DNA from: Pseudomonadota bacterium
Lineage (GTDB): Bacteria > Pseudomonadota > Gammaproteobacteria > Thiohalomonadales > Thiohalomonadaceae
Length of the DNA stretch: 64,000 bases
NCBI GenBank assembly: GCA_046484535.1
Contig: JAWOIT010000090.1
Coordinates: 190-64,189, forward strand
Reading direction: 5' to 3'
Part shown: piece by piece, positions 1-8,015 of the stretch
How positions within the stretch are numbered: the stretch's first letter is position 1
Layout: each line of letters starts with the position of its first letter
The notes under the pieces: model-generated
What the model saw: only the letters and a program-made list of their open reading frames with translations
The model's database searches: none
Told to the model about the DNA's origin: nothing
Position numbers and translations under genes: made by a program

Positions 1-1739
1 ATATTTACAACATCGAGGTCTCCGCCAGCGATGGAACACACACCATAATGCAAGGCATCGCCGTGGCGGTCAGTGACGTACTGGAGTTCGATATCACGAG
101 CGGCGGGGTCAAAACGCTGCACTTCAGCTGGAGCGCCTTCGACGGCGCCGCTTATTACAAGCTTATGGTTAATTCGGGTGGTGCATCCGGTTTTGTTCAA
201 GAGGGGGCGGACATCGTCGACACTATCGTGGATTTGGCTATTCCGGCCCACCTGACTGACTGGAACAATACCAGTTACCGGCTGGAGGCGTATGACGGCG
301 AAGGCGCGCTGCTTTCCAGCTCTAGCGAAGAGACGGCCACCGAGCTGATGCTTTCCAGTATCGGCTATTTCAAGGCCTCCAACACCGGAGCGGGTGACAA
401 TTACGGCCACGCAGTTGCCCTTAGCGGCGACGGCAACACCTTGGCAGTGGGCTCATTCAAGGAAGCCAGTGGGACCACCGGCGTGAACAGCGAACCCGAT
501 GAGGCGTCCTCTGAGAGCGGCGCCGTGTACCTGTTCCGGTATGCCAACGGCACCGGTTGGACCCAGCAAGCCTACATCAAGGCGTCCAACACCGGCATGG
601 GTGACCGTTTTGGCTGGTCGGTCGCCCTTAGCGATGACGGCAATACATTGGCGGTAGGGGCGTCCGCGGAAGACAGTAGCACCACCGGGGTAAACAGTAC
701 GTCTGACAACATGAGCGACGGTAGCGGTGCGGCCTACCTGTTCCGGTACACCGACGAAACCGGTTGGACTCAGGAGGCCTACATCAAGCCCTCCAACACC
801 AGTGCGGGTGACGCGTTCGGCACATCGGTCGCCCTCAGCGATCACGGCAATACCCTGGCGGTAGGGGCGCCCGGAGAAGACAGCGGCACCACCGGCATCA
901 ACAGCACGCCCGATGCCTGCGCTGCTGAGAGTGGTGCGGTCTATCTGTTCAGGTTCAATAGCGGATGGTCCGAGGAGGCCTTCATCAAGCCCTCCAACAC
1001 CGGTGCGGGAGACCGTTTCGGCGTATCGGTTGCTCTTGGCGCTGAAGGCAATACACTGGCAGTGGGGGCTACCGGGGAAGACAGCGGCACCACCGGCGTC
1101 AACAGCACGCCTGATGAATCTGCCTCCGGCAGCGGCGCAGCCTACCTTTTCCGCTATGTCAGCGGAACGGGCTGGGCTCAGGAGGCCTACATCAAAGCTT
1201 TGAACACGGCGGAGGGTGACGCATTCGGAACGTCGATTGCCCTAAGCAGTGATGGTGACACCCTGGCGGTGGGAGCTCGTTTCAAGGACGGCGCAAGCGG
1301 TGCCGCCTACCTGTTCCGCTATGACGGCGGAACAGGCTGGTCCCAGGAGGCCTATCTCCAGGGGTCCGATACCGGGGCGGGTGACACCTTCGGAACGGCG
1401 GTGACACTCAGCGGTGACGGCACCACCCTGGCGGTGGGAGCGAGCGGCGAAGACAGCAGCGGCATCGGTGTCGGTAGCGCGCCCGACGATGCGGCCGCCG
1501 ACAGTGGGGCGGCCTATCTGTTCCGGTATGACAGTGAAACCGGTAGCTGGCCCCAGATGGCCTACATCAAGGCTCCCAACACTGGAGCGAGCGATGCTTT
1601 CGGCTGGTCTGCCGCTCTGAGCGGTGACGGCTCCACCCTGGCGGTGGGGGCGAGTGGTGAAGACGGCGGCGCTACCGGCATAAACGGCACGTTCGATGAG
1701 AGCGCTGCTGTCGATAGTGGCGCGGTTTATCTCTATTAG
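1..1739 (+). CDS. C-terminal part of a large surface/adhesin-like protein (end of a cadherin-like domain plus seven FG-GAP/integrin-alpha-type propeller repeats); 5' end lies outside the window
   Basis: Frame 3 is open from nt 3 (YNIEVSASDGTHTIMQGIAVAVSDV looks like the end of a cadherin-type domain). It is followed by 7 tandem ~63-aa units with the pattern YIKxSNTGxGDxFGxSVALSxDGNTLAVGAxxEDSxxTGxN...SGAxYLF. The stop at 1737-1739 is followed by a hairpin terminator. Confidence 0.8.
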   Translation, partial: IYNIEVSASDGTHTIMQGIAVAVSDVLEFDITSGGVKTLHFSWSAFDGAAYYKLMVNSGGASGFVQEGADIVDTIVDLAIPAHLTDWNNTSYRLEAYDGEGALLSSSSEETATELMLSSIGYFKASNTGAGDNYGHAVALSGDGNTLAVGSFKEASGTTGVNSEPDEASSESGAVYLFRYANGTGWTQQAYIKASNTGMGDRFGWSVALSDDGNTLAVGASAEDSSTTGVNSTSDNMSDGSGAAYLFRYTDETGWTQEAYIKPSNTSAGDAFGTSVALSDHGNTLAVGAPGEDSGTTGINSTPDACAAESGAVYLFRFNSGWSEEAFIKPSNTGAGDRFGVSVALGAEGNTLAVGATGEDSGTTGVNSTPDESASGSGAAYLFRYVSGTGWAQEAYIKALNTAEGDAFGTSIALSSDGDTLAVGARFKDGASGAAYLFRYDGGTGWSQEAYLQGSDTGAGDTFGTAVTLSGDGTTLAVGASGEDSSGIGVGSAPDDAAADSGAAYLFRYDSETGSWPQMAYIKAPNTGASDAFGWSAALSGDGSTLAVGASGEDGGATGINGTFDESAAVDSGAVYLY

Positions 1740-1766
1740 CGTTTGTCAGCGGGCGCGTTAAGAAAA

Positions 1767-1796
1767 GGGCGACACTACGTCGCCCTTTTTATTTTT
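1767..1796 (+). terminator. Rho-independent terminator of the adhesin gene
   Basis: gggcgac-actac-gtcgccc stem-loop followed by the T-run tttttattttt, about 28 nt after the stop codon. Confidence 0.7.
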
Positions 1797-2632
1797 ACCA
1801 CGTAATTGTTCGCCCCCCAGCGTTGTCCGGCCCAGAGTTATCCGGGCGGTGGCTGTGAGGAGCGGCAGGGACAGGATACACAGAGCTTGCGAAGCGCATC
1901 GTTTCCGTGGCCGATGTGCCGCCTTCCACTGGGTGGGGGCAGACCAGGTGCCCCGCCCGTGGTCGCTGGTTGCGATGGGCTGGCGGAGCCCGCCGGTTCG
2001 ACGCACCACGGGCCGTTTTGCGATGGCCTCACCGTGATGGACGAAAATCGCGGCCGGGATGACTGCCCCCACACGTTACTGGCAACTTGTGCTTCTGCGA
2101 TATCGAAAAATTATGGAGTCGCTACCCCTCACCTGTTTATATCAAACAAGATTCGCGCCCTCTGCGGTTTCATCTGCATGTGCGCAGCGGCGGCTGTGCG
2201 CGAGAGGCCGTAAAAGGACTGGTTGAGATAATGGTGTTAACAACGAGGTCGTGCCAGCGTCATCAGTGCGAGGCGCGTTTCTCAGGTAATGGTGGGCTCC
2301 TTAGCAAGAAAGGCACAGACGCACCTGATGCGAGTTTGGATTGCAGCAGGCGGGACCGAAGGAGAGGCTCCTTGGATGGAGGCTGCGACACAGCAGTGGT
2401 GGCTCAGGTCAGACCGAATGTAAAGATTATTACGATCAACCCCCCTAAGCCTTGCGAATACTCCCGAAGAGGCAAGCAGTCACAATGCCTTTAGCCAAGA
2501 GCAAATGCGTGGGCACACAGGCGTCATGGGGCTTCATCCTGTATAAGTCACTGCCACGCGGACAGCGCCGGATGTCCTGAAGATCTTCGGGGAAAGGTGG
2601 CAGGAGGAGTACGCACGCCCCGACGGGTCAAG

Positions 2633-2983
2633 TTACTCGGCTTCGCAGGAGATGGGCGTTCCGTCCTCGCTCTCTGACAAGCACTGCTGGTAGGAGCAGA
2701 TGGGACACTCGGGCGGGCAGCCGGCATTGGTTGCGCAGGTATCATAGCAGCTAGGGTCGCCACAGGTGCCGGTAGGCATGCACGTCATGCATGAATCAAC
2801 CTCCGTAGAAGCCGCGTGGGCCTCGCAGTCTGCATCCGTTTCACATGTCATGCCGCAATTGGTGCTTATGGGGTCAATGATAATGACGGCGTGACTGGGT
2901 TGGGTCATACCTATGAGCATGAAAAACAGTGGGGCCATTCGCACTGCTTGTCCAAGTCTAAAAAAATGACGTTTCATTTTCAT
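2633..2983 (-). CDS. Small secreted cysteine-rich acidic protein, family unknown
   Basis: ORF track 2633..3043; likely start is MKMKRHF at 2983. Signal-peptide-like N-terminus (APLFFMLIGMTQPSHA/VII). The mature part is ~85 aa with 13 Cys (NCGMTCETDADCE..SCMTCMPTGTCGDPSCYDTC..GCPPECPICSYQQC) and many Asp/Glu. Confidence 0.55.
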   Translation of the reverse strand: MKMKRHFFRLGQAVRMAPLFFMLIGMTQPSHAVIIIDPISTNCGMTCETDADCEAHAASTEVDSCMTCMPTGTCGDPSCYDTCATNAGCPPECPICSYQQCLSESEDGTPISCEAE

Positions 2984-3525
2984 AATCCTTGCGGTAGTTA
3001 ATAACTCAAGCTGCAACCTGTGAGCAACTGGCTGGTGGTCCACGCGGGAGATCGTTTAATTCTCAGGGGCCAATTAAGGTACATCGGCAGGGAGCACGAG
3101 CCGGTCTGGCACGTAGCCGATTCCAGAGAGCAGCGTTTCCTGTGTGCTATGTGGGACGGCCCGCAGGTAGTGTCACACTAAATAGCCATGCTGCTCTGTA
3201 CTCCTTGGCAAGAGTTACCATTCCCAGCGGAGTGCGCTTTGTTTTACCTTGACTTGTGAGTGGGAGTCTGCGAGCTGGATTATTTCCCGCATGGACCACC
3301 AGCCGTGCCCGTTTCGGGTCATCACTAAGTGGGCAATTCTTTCGGAAAATCACTAGGGGGTATAGTCTCGGTTCCGAGACTTGAAAATTGTTTCTTCATG
3401 CGTCGGACTGCATAAGAGGTAGCGGTATTTTCGGGTGAATCTTGCAGGGGTGAAAAAGGAGCGCAGCAACGTGCCTGTCATGACTTTGGTTTTCAAGTCA
3501 ATGCTTCGTGCCTATGCGGTAAACT

Positions 3526-3939
3526 CTATGGGGCTGAACAGTTACGACTTTGTGAGTGGGGGGCTGTCTCCTTGGTGTTAAGTGAGTCCCAGTCGACAGG
3601 AATGACGGTGATCTTCTTCTCACTTTGTTCAAGGGTAAATGACCCGTCATTGTTTTTAATCACCAATGGAAGACGACAGCTTCTATCCAGGTGACTCTCG
3701 CCTGATGCAACACCACGAAGCCCCTTGGTGGCGCCACCGCCTCCTAACATAATCTTAATGCCGGATATTTTCTCATAGGAAGCGGCAAGTTCTTGCATGA
3801 ATCCCAGTTTTGATCTGCCGCAACCAACCCAATTCTCATTCTTGGTCGTTGCGCTTACCTGTGTGTAGTCCCGCAAGCGAAGTGAGGAGTAATAGAATAT
3901 GGATGAGTGGGAATGCATGGTAGATTCGCGGGGTCCCAT
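3526..3939 (-). pseudogene. Possible truncated fragment of a PstS/phosphate-type periplasmic binding protein
   Basis: The segment WVGCGRSKLGFMQELAASYEKISGIKIMLGGGGATKGLRGVASGESHLDRSCR resembles the N-lobe motif GGGS.TG...G..D.G.S.R of PBP-like proteins. The ORF is only 137 aa and has no signal peptide and no C-lobe. Recognised from memory only. Confidence 0.3.
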
Positions 3940-4024
3940 CAGTGTATGCCTCTGGGTTTCGCCCTTTTATAATTGTAGAAATGCGTGGCACTTCCCTGTA
4001 CCACGAAAACTCGTTGTTATAACG

Positions 4025-4450
4025 TTAAGGGAAACGAGTGAGTTTGCCGGCAATAGCCTTGGCCTTTCCGTCGAGCAGGCAGTGGTAATCGTTGCCTTTG
4101 ACGGGGGCGCGCTGGATTTTGACGTTGGCACGTTCCAGGCTGTTGATGGTGGTAACGCAGTAGGTGTTATACATGCCGATACCGTCAAGATAGTCGCGGA
4201 AATTGTTTTTGTTGGCGGTGTCGGTGGTGCAGTTTACGCTTAGCCCGGTGAGGTAGTTATCGCCTTTTACAGGCTGGACCGAGGCGGCTCCCTTGGTGAA
4301 GGCTGCCGCACTGCAGGTCCCGCCGCGGATGACCAGGCCGTCAGCCGTGGCCTGACCGGTGGTGACAACGAGTAACATCGTTATTGCGATGACCCCTGTG
4401 AGGTTTGTAAAGGCGTTTCCGTTAAGGGATACAGCTTTGTTGCATGTCAT
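4025..4450 (-). CDS. Small secreted hypothetical protein
   Basis: 141-aa ORF with a hydrophobic signal-like N-terminus (GVIAITMLLVVTTGQATA/DG), 4 Cys and the internal duplicated motif PVKG[DN][ND]Y. No family recognised. Confidence 0.5.
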   Translation of the reverse strand: MTCNKAVSLNGNAFTNLTGVIAITMLLVVTTGQATADGLVIRGGTCSAAAFTKGAASVQPVKGDNYLTGLSVNCTTDTANKNNFRDYLDGIGMYNTYCVTTINSLERANVKIQRAPVKGNDYHCLLDGKAKAIAGKLTRFP

Positions 4451-4494
4451 GATTATGCTCCGTTTTTGCTATGTGCCGATGGACTTCGTAGGCG

Positions 4495-4535
4495 TGAAAG
4501 AAAAGGTGAACCCGGTGCCATGACGCCGGGTTCAC
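4495..4535 (-). terminator. Rho-independent terminator downstream of the 397-aa gene
   Basis: On the minus strand, gtgaacccgg-N10-ccgggttcac is followed by cttttctttc, starting ~10 nt after the stop at 4545. Confidence 0.6.
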
Positions 4536-4544
4536 AGTAGTTGC

Positions 4545-5738
4545 CTAGCCGAGTACTTCAGCAATAGGCGAGACGATGACGCCGAGTACTTGCGGATTAC
4601 CGGTTGGGGACTTGGCGGTCATGGTTGCATTGCCCTTGTCGTTAAAGGTGGTATGGCTACTCCACCCGTGTGCCGCTTCTGCCTCGAAGAATGGGAAGAA
4701 TCCAGCGCCGGCGGCAGCTTCGAAGTGCTGCTGCTCGTCAGAGGAAAACGAGGCGGAGGAGGTGATGGAGATGTCGATGCCATCGACCACAATCAAGGCG
4801 CCGCACATGCGGGTCATGTCGCCGTTGGCGCCGAAAGTGCCTTCCCAGGTCGGTGCGCCGTGTTTCCACACTCGGTTGTTATTGTTCTTGTAGGCGATAT
4901 TCAGCGCCTCGGAGCTGTACCAGGGGGTGTATTTGCTGAGGATAGAATCCTGGCTCGGTGATGACAGCGGTGAAGCGGGGAATGTGACCAGGTTGCTGAA
5001 AGTGGCGTCGATCTCCAGGCTCGATGTGGCCAGTTTCTCGGAAAGTGAGCTGTAGCTACTTTCACCGCCTCCGAAGAAGCTTTCGAAGAAGCCGGCGATC
5101 TCACCCTCGGTCCAGGTATTGGTGATATTGCTCGATTCGGTTGAGCTGTCCATGTGGATGGAGACGCTTTTGCTACTGATCAGTGCGTTATTGAGATCGC
5201 TGATGGTCTTGGCGTAGGCGCAGACGCCGGGGTTGGTGGAGGCGTGGAGCATGTTGTCCCATGCTTGTTGTGCCTGGAAGATCGCCCCATCAAACAGGGT
5301 GCGATACAGTGATATCCAGTCAGGTGCATTACTTGGGTCTACACCCATGGCCCATTGCTGGAATGCCTTGATGCTGTAGTCAGCGTTCTTTTTGGCATAA
5401 TCAAGCCACTGTGAGTAATAATCCCCCATTTTCTGTTGTAGCTCATCACCACCTTGCGGAATGAGGTTGATGATGACACCGCCGTAGTCCTTGGAGAAAC
5501 TGTTGAAGCTGGTGGGGTTGTAATAGTTGGTGACTGTCAGCGGAGGCACTGTGTCAAAGAACTGCCAGAGTTTTTCGGTGGTGCTGCCGATGACCTGGCT
5601 GCCCTGCACCAGTTGAAAGGTGTTGCGATCAAAACCGGCCTGCCCGACTACGGCGTTGTACCACTGTGCCGTCAAGGTCTCCATGGCTCTCTGAAGTGCG
5701 CTTCCGCCTGTTGCAGTGTCTTTTAGTTGTGTGCTCAT
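4545..5738 (-). CDS. Hypothetical 397-aa cytoplasmic-looking protein with a central Ser/Thr-rich segment (possible membrane-inserting/pore-forming type); family unknown
   Basis: ORF track 4545..5756. Start moved to ATG 5738 (MSTQLK), which has GGAGA 5 nt upstream. No signal peptide or TM helix. W/Q/Y-rich N-terminal half, then an S/T-rich stretch (SVSIHMDSSTESSNITNTWTEGEIAGFFESFFGGGESSYSSLSEKLATSSLEIDATFSNLVTF) and a beta-looking C-terminus. It has its own terminator. Confidence 0.8.
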   Translation of the reverse strand: MSTQLKDTATGGSALQRAMETLTAQWYNAVVGQAGFDRNTFQLVQGSQVIGSTTEKLWQFFDTVPPLTVTNYYNPTSFNSFSKDYGGVIINLIPQGGDELQQKMGDYYSQWLDYAKKNADYSIKAFQQWAMGVDPSNAPDWISLYRTLFDGAIFQAQQAWDNMLHASTNPGVCAYAKTISDLNNALISSKSVSIHMDSSTESSNITNTWTEGEIAGFFESFFGGGESSYSSLSEKLATSSLEIDATFSNLVTFPASPLSSPSQDSILSKYTPWYSSEALNIAYKNNNNRVWKHGAPTWEGTFGANGDMTRMCGALIVVDGIDISITSSASFSSDEQQHFEAAAGAGFFPFFEAEAAHGWSSHTTFNDKGNATMTAKSPTGNPQVLGVIVSPIAEVLG

Positions 5739-5966
5739 CGTTATCTCCTTTTTCATCGTTAGGTTAGTTGGCCGCTATGGCGAGAAAAATCCTAAACGGG
5801 AAAAAACGACGGCGGAAATTAAGAGTTGGTATATGAATGATTACGAAAAATTATAATTATTATTGGTGATATGGGTCATTATGAAATGTAATTGGGAGGG
5901 TGTCCTAACGGCATTGTTTCTTGTTTAAGATGGGTTGCGGAACAAAACAAAAACAAGGAGCACTAA

Positions 5967-7091
5967 ATGGACGAGATGACAACCCGCGAAGAATTGGTCG
6001 AGAGAACTAAAACGGCCGCACTGCTGCACGATACCCTGCCGCACAAGGATGGGGAGGTGCTTCCCGTTATCGACTGGGCCGGCTTGAACAAATATGCACC
6101 TGTTGCGATGGAATCTGAACCGCCGCAACCTTTCGATGCTTTACCGACCGCCGATGTGGTCGTGATGACCTGGACGGTTGCAGAGTGGGCGGCTATGCAT
6201 CACGTCTTTTGTGGTTATAGCACAGAGATGCCGATAAGCGAGGTATATAAACACGACTGGCGTAAAGGGTGGCTGCCATATTCCCGGAACTATTGTCAGA
6301 TTCACCAATATATGGTCGATGTGGAGAAGACCTATCAGGGTGGTGCGCCGTCCTTGAGAAAGAGTGCATGGGGATTCTACCGCCTTGTTGAGGTGAATGG
6401 ACTGAGGGTGCTGCTGGTGAAGTCGGAGATGCATCTGGCGCAGGATGGTACCGGTTTGCCGCTCAAGCAGTTCGTGCATCAGCTTTGCGACGAGGTCTCG
6501 CCGAGTCTGGTCCTCTCGATCGGAACGGCAGGTGGTGTAAGGAGTGAGGATGCCCTGGGTACAGCAATTGTGACCAACCAGGCCTATTTTCATTTGCTCA
6601 AGGAGTTTGCCAGCTCGTCGTTTAATCACATCACTGTACAGTCGTCATGGGAGCCGCAAACAAAGTTTATCGACGCGACACAGAAATGGCTGATTCAGGT
6701 TGACGGCTTCGATGTCGACCCGATAAGCCCCCAGTATCCCAAAGGGGCGGTTATCCAGCCGGATGCCCCCGATTCACGAATCAAGGTGGTGCTCGATTCG
6801 CCGATTATTACGACGGATACCTTTCTCTTCGGTACGACTGATAATGGATTGGAGAAATACGGATGCATAGTCGAAATGGATGACGCTGTGGTCGGTCTTG
6901 CATGCCGCGAGGAAGAGGTGCCCTTCGGATTTATCCGCAATGTCTCCGATCCGGTAATCAACGGCGCTCTGCCTGCCTCGATTCAGGACACCTGGGCAGG
7001 CTACATCTATAAGGAACGCGGATTGTTCACCAGTTTCAATGGTGCGCTGGCGACATGGGCGTTAATCGCGGGCGAATCGGACAGAACCTGA
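5967..7091 (+). CDS. Nucleoside phosphorylase / MTA-SAH nucleosidase-fold (PNP_UDP_1-like) protein with a ~55-aa N-terminal extension
   Basis: Motif series typical of the fold: ADVVVMTWTVAEWAAM, VLSIGTAGGV, GTAIVTNQAYF, CIVEMDDAVVGLAC, FGFIRNVSDPV. AAGGAG lies 8 nt before the ATG. No signal peptide. Confidence 0.8.
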   Translation: MDEMTTREELVERTKTAALLHDTLPHKDGEVLPVIDWAGLNKYAPVAMESEPPQPFDALPTADVVVMTWTVAEWAAMHHVFCGYSTEMPISEVYKHDWRKGWLPYSRNYCQIHQYMVDVEKTYQGGAPSLRKSAWGFYRLVEVNGLRVLLVKSEMHLAQDGTGLPLKQFVHQLCDEVSPSLVLSIGTAGGVRSEDALGTAIVTNQAYFHLLKEFASSSFNHITVQSSWEPQTKFIDATQKWLIQVDGFDVDPISPQYPKGAVIQPDAPDSRIKVVLDSPIITTDTFLFGTTDNGLEKYGCIVEMDDAVVGLACREEEVPFGFIRNVSDPVINGALPASIQDTWAGYIYKERGLFTSFNGALATWALIAGESDRT

Positions 7092-7100
7092 CAAGGAGGT

Positions 7101-8009
7101 ATGGCAATGGCGGCAATCTATGCAATCGGGTGTGACAAAAAGAACGGTGCATTGACAGTAAAGACAACATGGGAGGACTCGACGGCCAGCTCTTCTCTGG
7201 TATCGGGAAGTACCGGGTTTTGCAGCATTGAGGCATATGGACGCAATCTGCTGGTAGGGACGTGTCCGGAGAAAAAGCGACTGGATATCTATGACGTATC
7301 CGCAGGCGGGACGGAACTTGAGGATAAAGGATGGCTGGAGGTGAAGCTCGCCTATACCACAGTCAGTGGTTTCAGTGTCGCGGGTGTGCCGCACGTGGTG
7401 GCCTATGAGCCGAAGGCGGGGACTTTTGAATTTTTCCATGTAGCCCGGGATCTTACGCTGAAGAGTGTCTATAGCTACAGCAAAACCTACGGTTCGGTAA
7501 CGACAGACTTTACCACCGTCGAGGCGTATGAGTATCAGGGAGAGATGCTGTTGCTGGGCTATAACAGCGCTAACGGGGATGTGAAGGTCTACCGGCTTCA
7601 GGTAACAGCATTTGAGCCGCTGACAATGCGGTGTGTCTGGTCAAAGGACTGGTCGCCGGGATGGGTTCGTTTCAGTTTTTTCAAGCTCGGTAAAGAGAAC
7701 TTCTTTCTCAAAAGTAATATCCGGCATAAAACGGTGTATATCGATCACGTAAATGACGATGCTTCAACAGGCTCACGTCCGGTAGGCAGGCACCTGCCGT
7801 TGCCGCTGGATCTGAGTATCGTTCAGACTTTCGAAGTGGCCGGTTGTGTCCGTTTTATGGCTTACCGAGAATCAGGGGAAGCAGTGATAAACCGCCTCCA
7901 CACTGATTGCCAGGGCTGGACTGAAGAACTCATGTTTACAGCAAAAGATCATGCTGTGTGTGCAGTGCCCTTGAGTCAGGGCGAGGAGTGTTTCCTGTTT
8001 ATGTACTGA
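7101..8009 (+). CDS. Hypothetical beta-rich repeat protein (about six ~45-aa blade-like units, beta-propeller-like)
   Basis: Starts 9 nt after the PNP-fold gene stop, with AAGGAGG in front, so it is probably co-transcribed. Recurring unit such as VSGFSVAGVPHVVAYEPKAGTFEFFHV / VEAYEYQGEMLLLGYNSANGDVKVYRL / VQTFEVAGCVRFMAYRESGEAVINRL. No family recognised. Confidence 0.75.
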   Translation: MAMAAIYAIGCDKKNGALTVKTTWEDSTASSSLVSGSTGFCSIEAYGRNLLVGTCPEKKRLDIYDVSAGGTELEDKGWLEVKLAYTTVSGFSVAGVPHVVAYEPKAGTFEFFHVARDLTLKSVYSYSKTYGSVTTDFTTVEAYEYQGEMLLLGYNSANGDVKVYRLQVTAFEPLTMRCVWSKDWSPGWVRFSFFKLGKENFFLKSNIRHKTVYIDHVNDDASTGSRPVGRHLPLPLDLSIVQTFEVAGCVRFMAYRESGEAVINRLHTDCQGWTEELMFTAKDHAVCAVPLSQGEECFLFMY

Positions 8010-8015
8010 GACCGA

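Noticed and set aside
2196-2460. GUGCG... start and GC-rich, structured-looking sequence reminiscent of a group II intron 5' end
   Set aside because: I could find no domain V-like hairpin, no RT/maturase ORF and no intron 3' end. The five-nucleotide match is not meaningful on its own.
1758-2494. Cluster of mutually overlapping 60-135-aa ORFs on both strands
   Set aside because: No RBS, no motifs, Arg/Pro/Gly-rich composition, and they are mutually exclusive. I treated the region as non-coding (see the finding for 1797-2632).
3147-3353. 68-aa minus-strand ORF
   Set aside because: It is isolated, with no RBS, no motif and a basic, low-complexity composition. It is probably not a gene.
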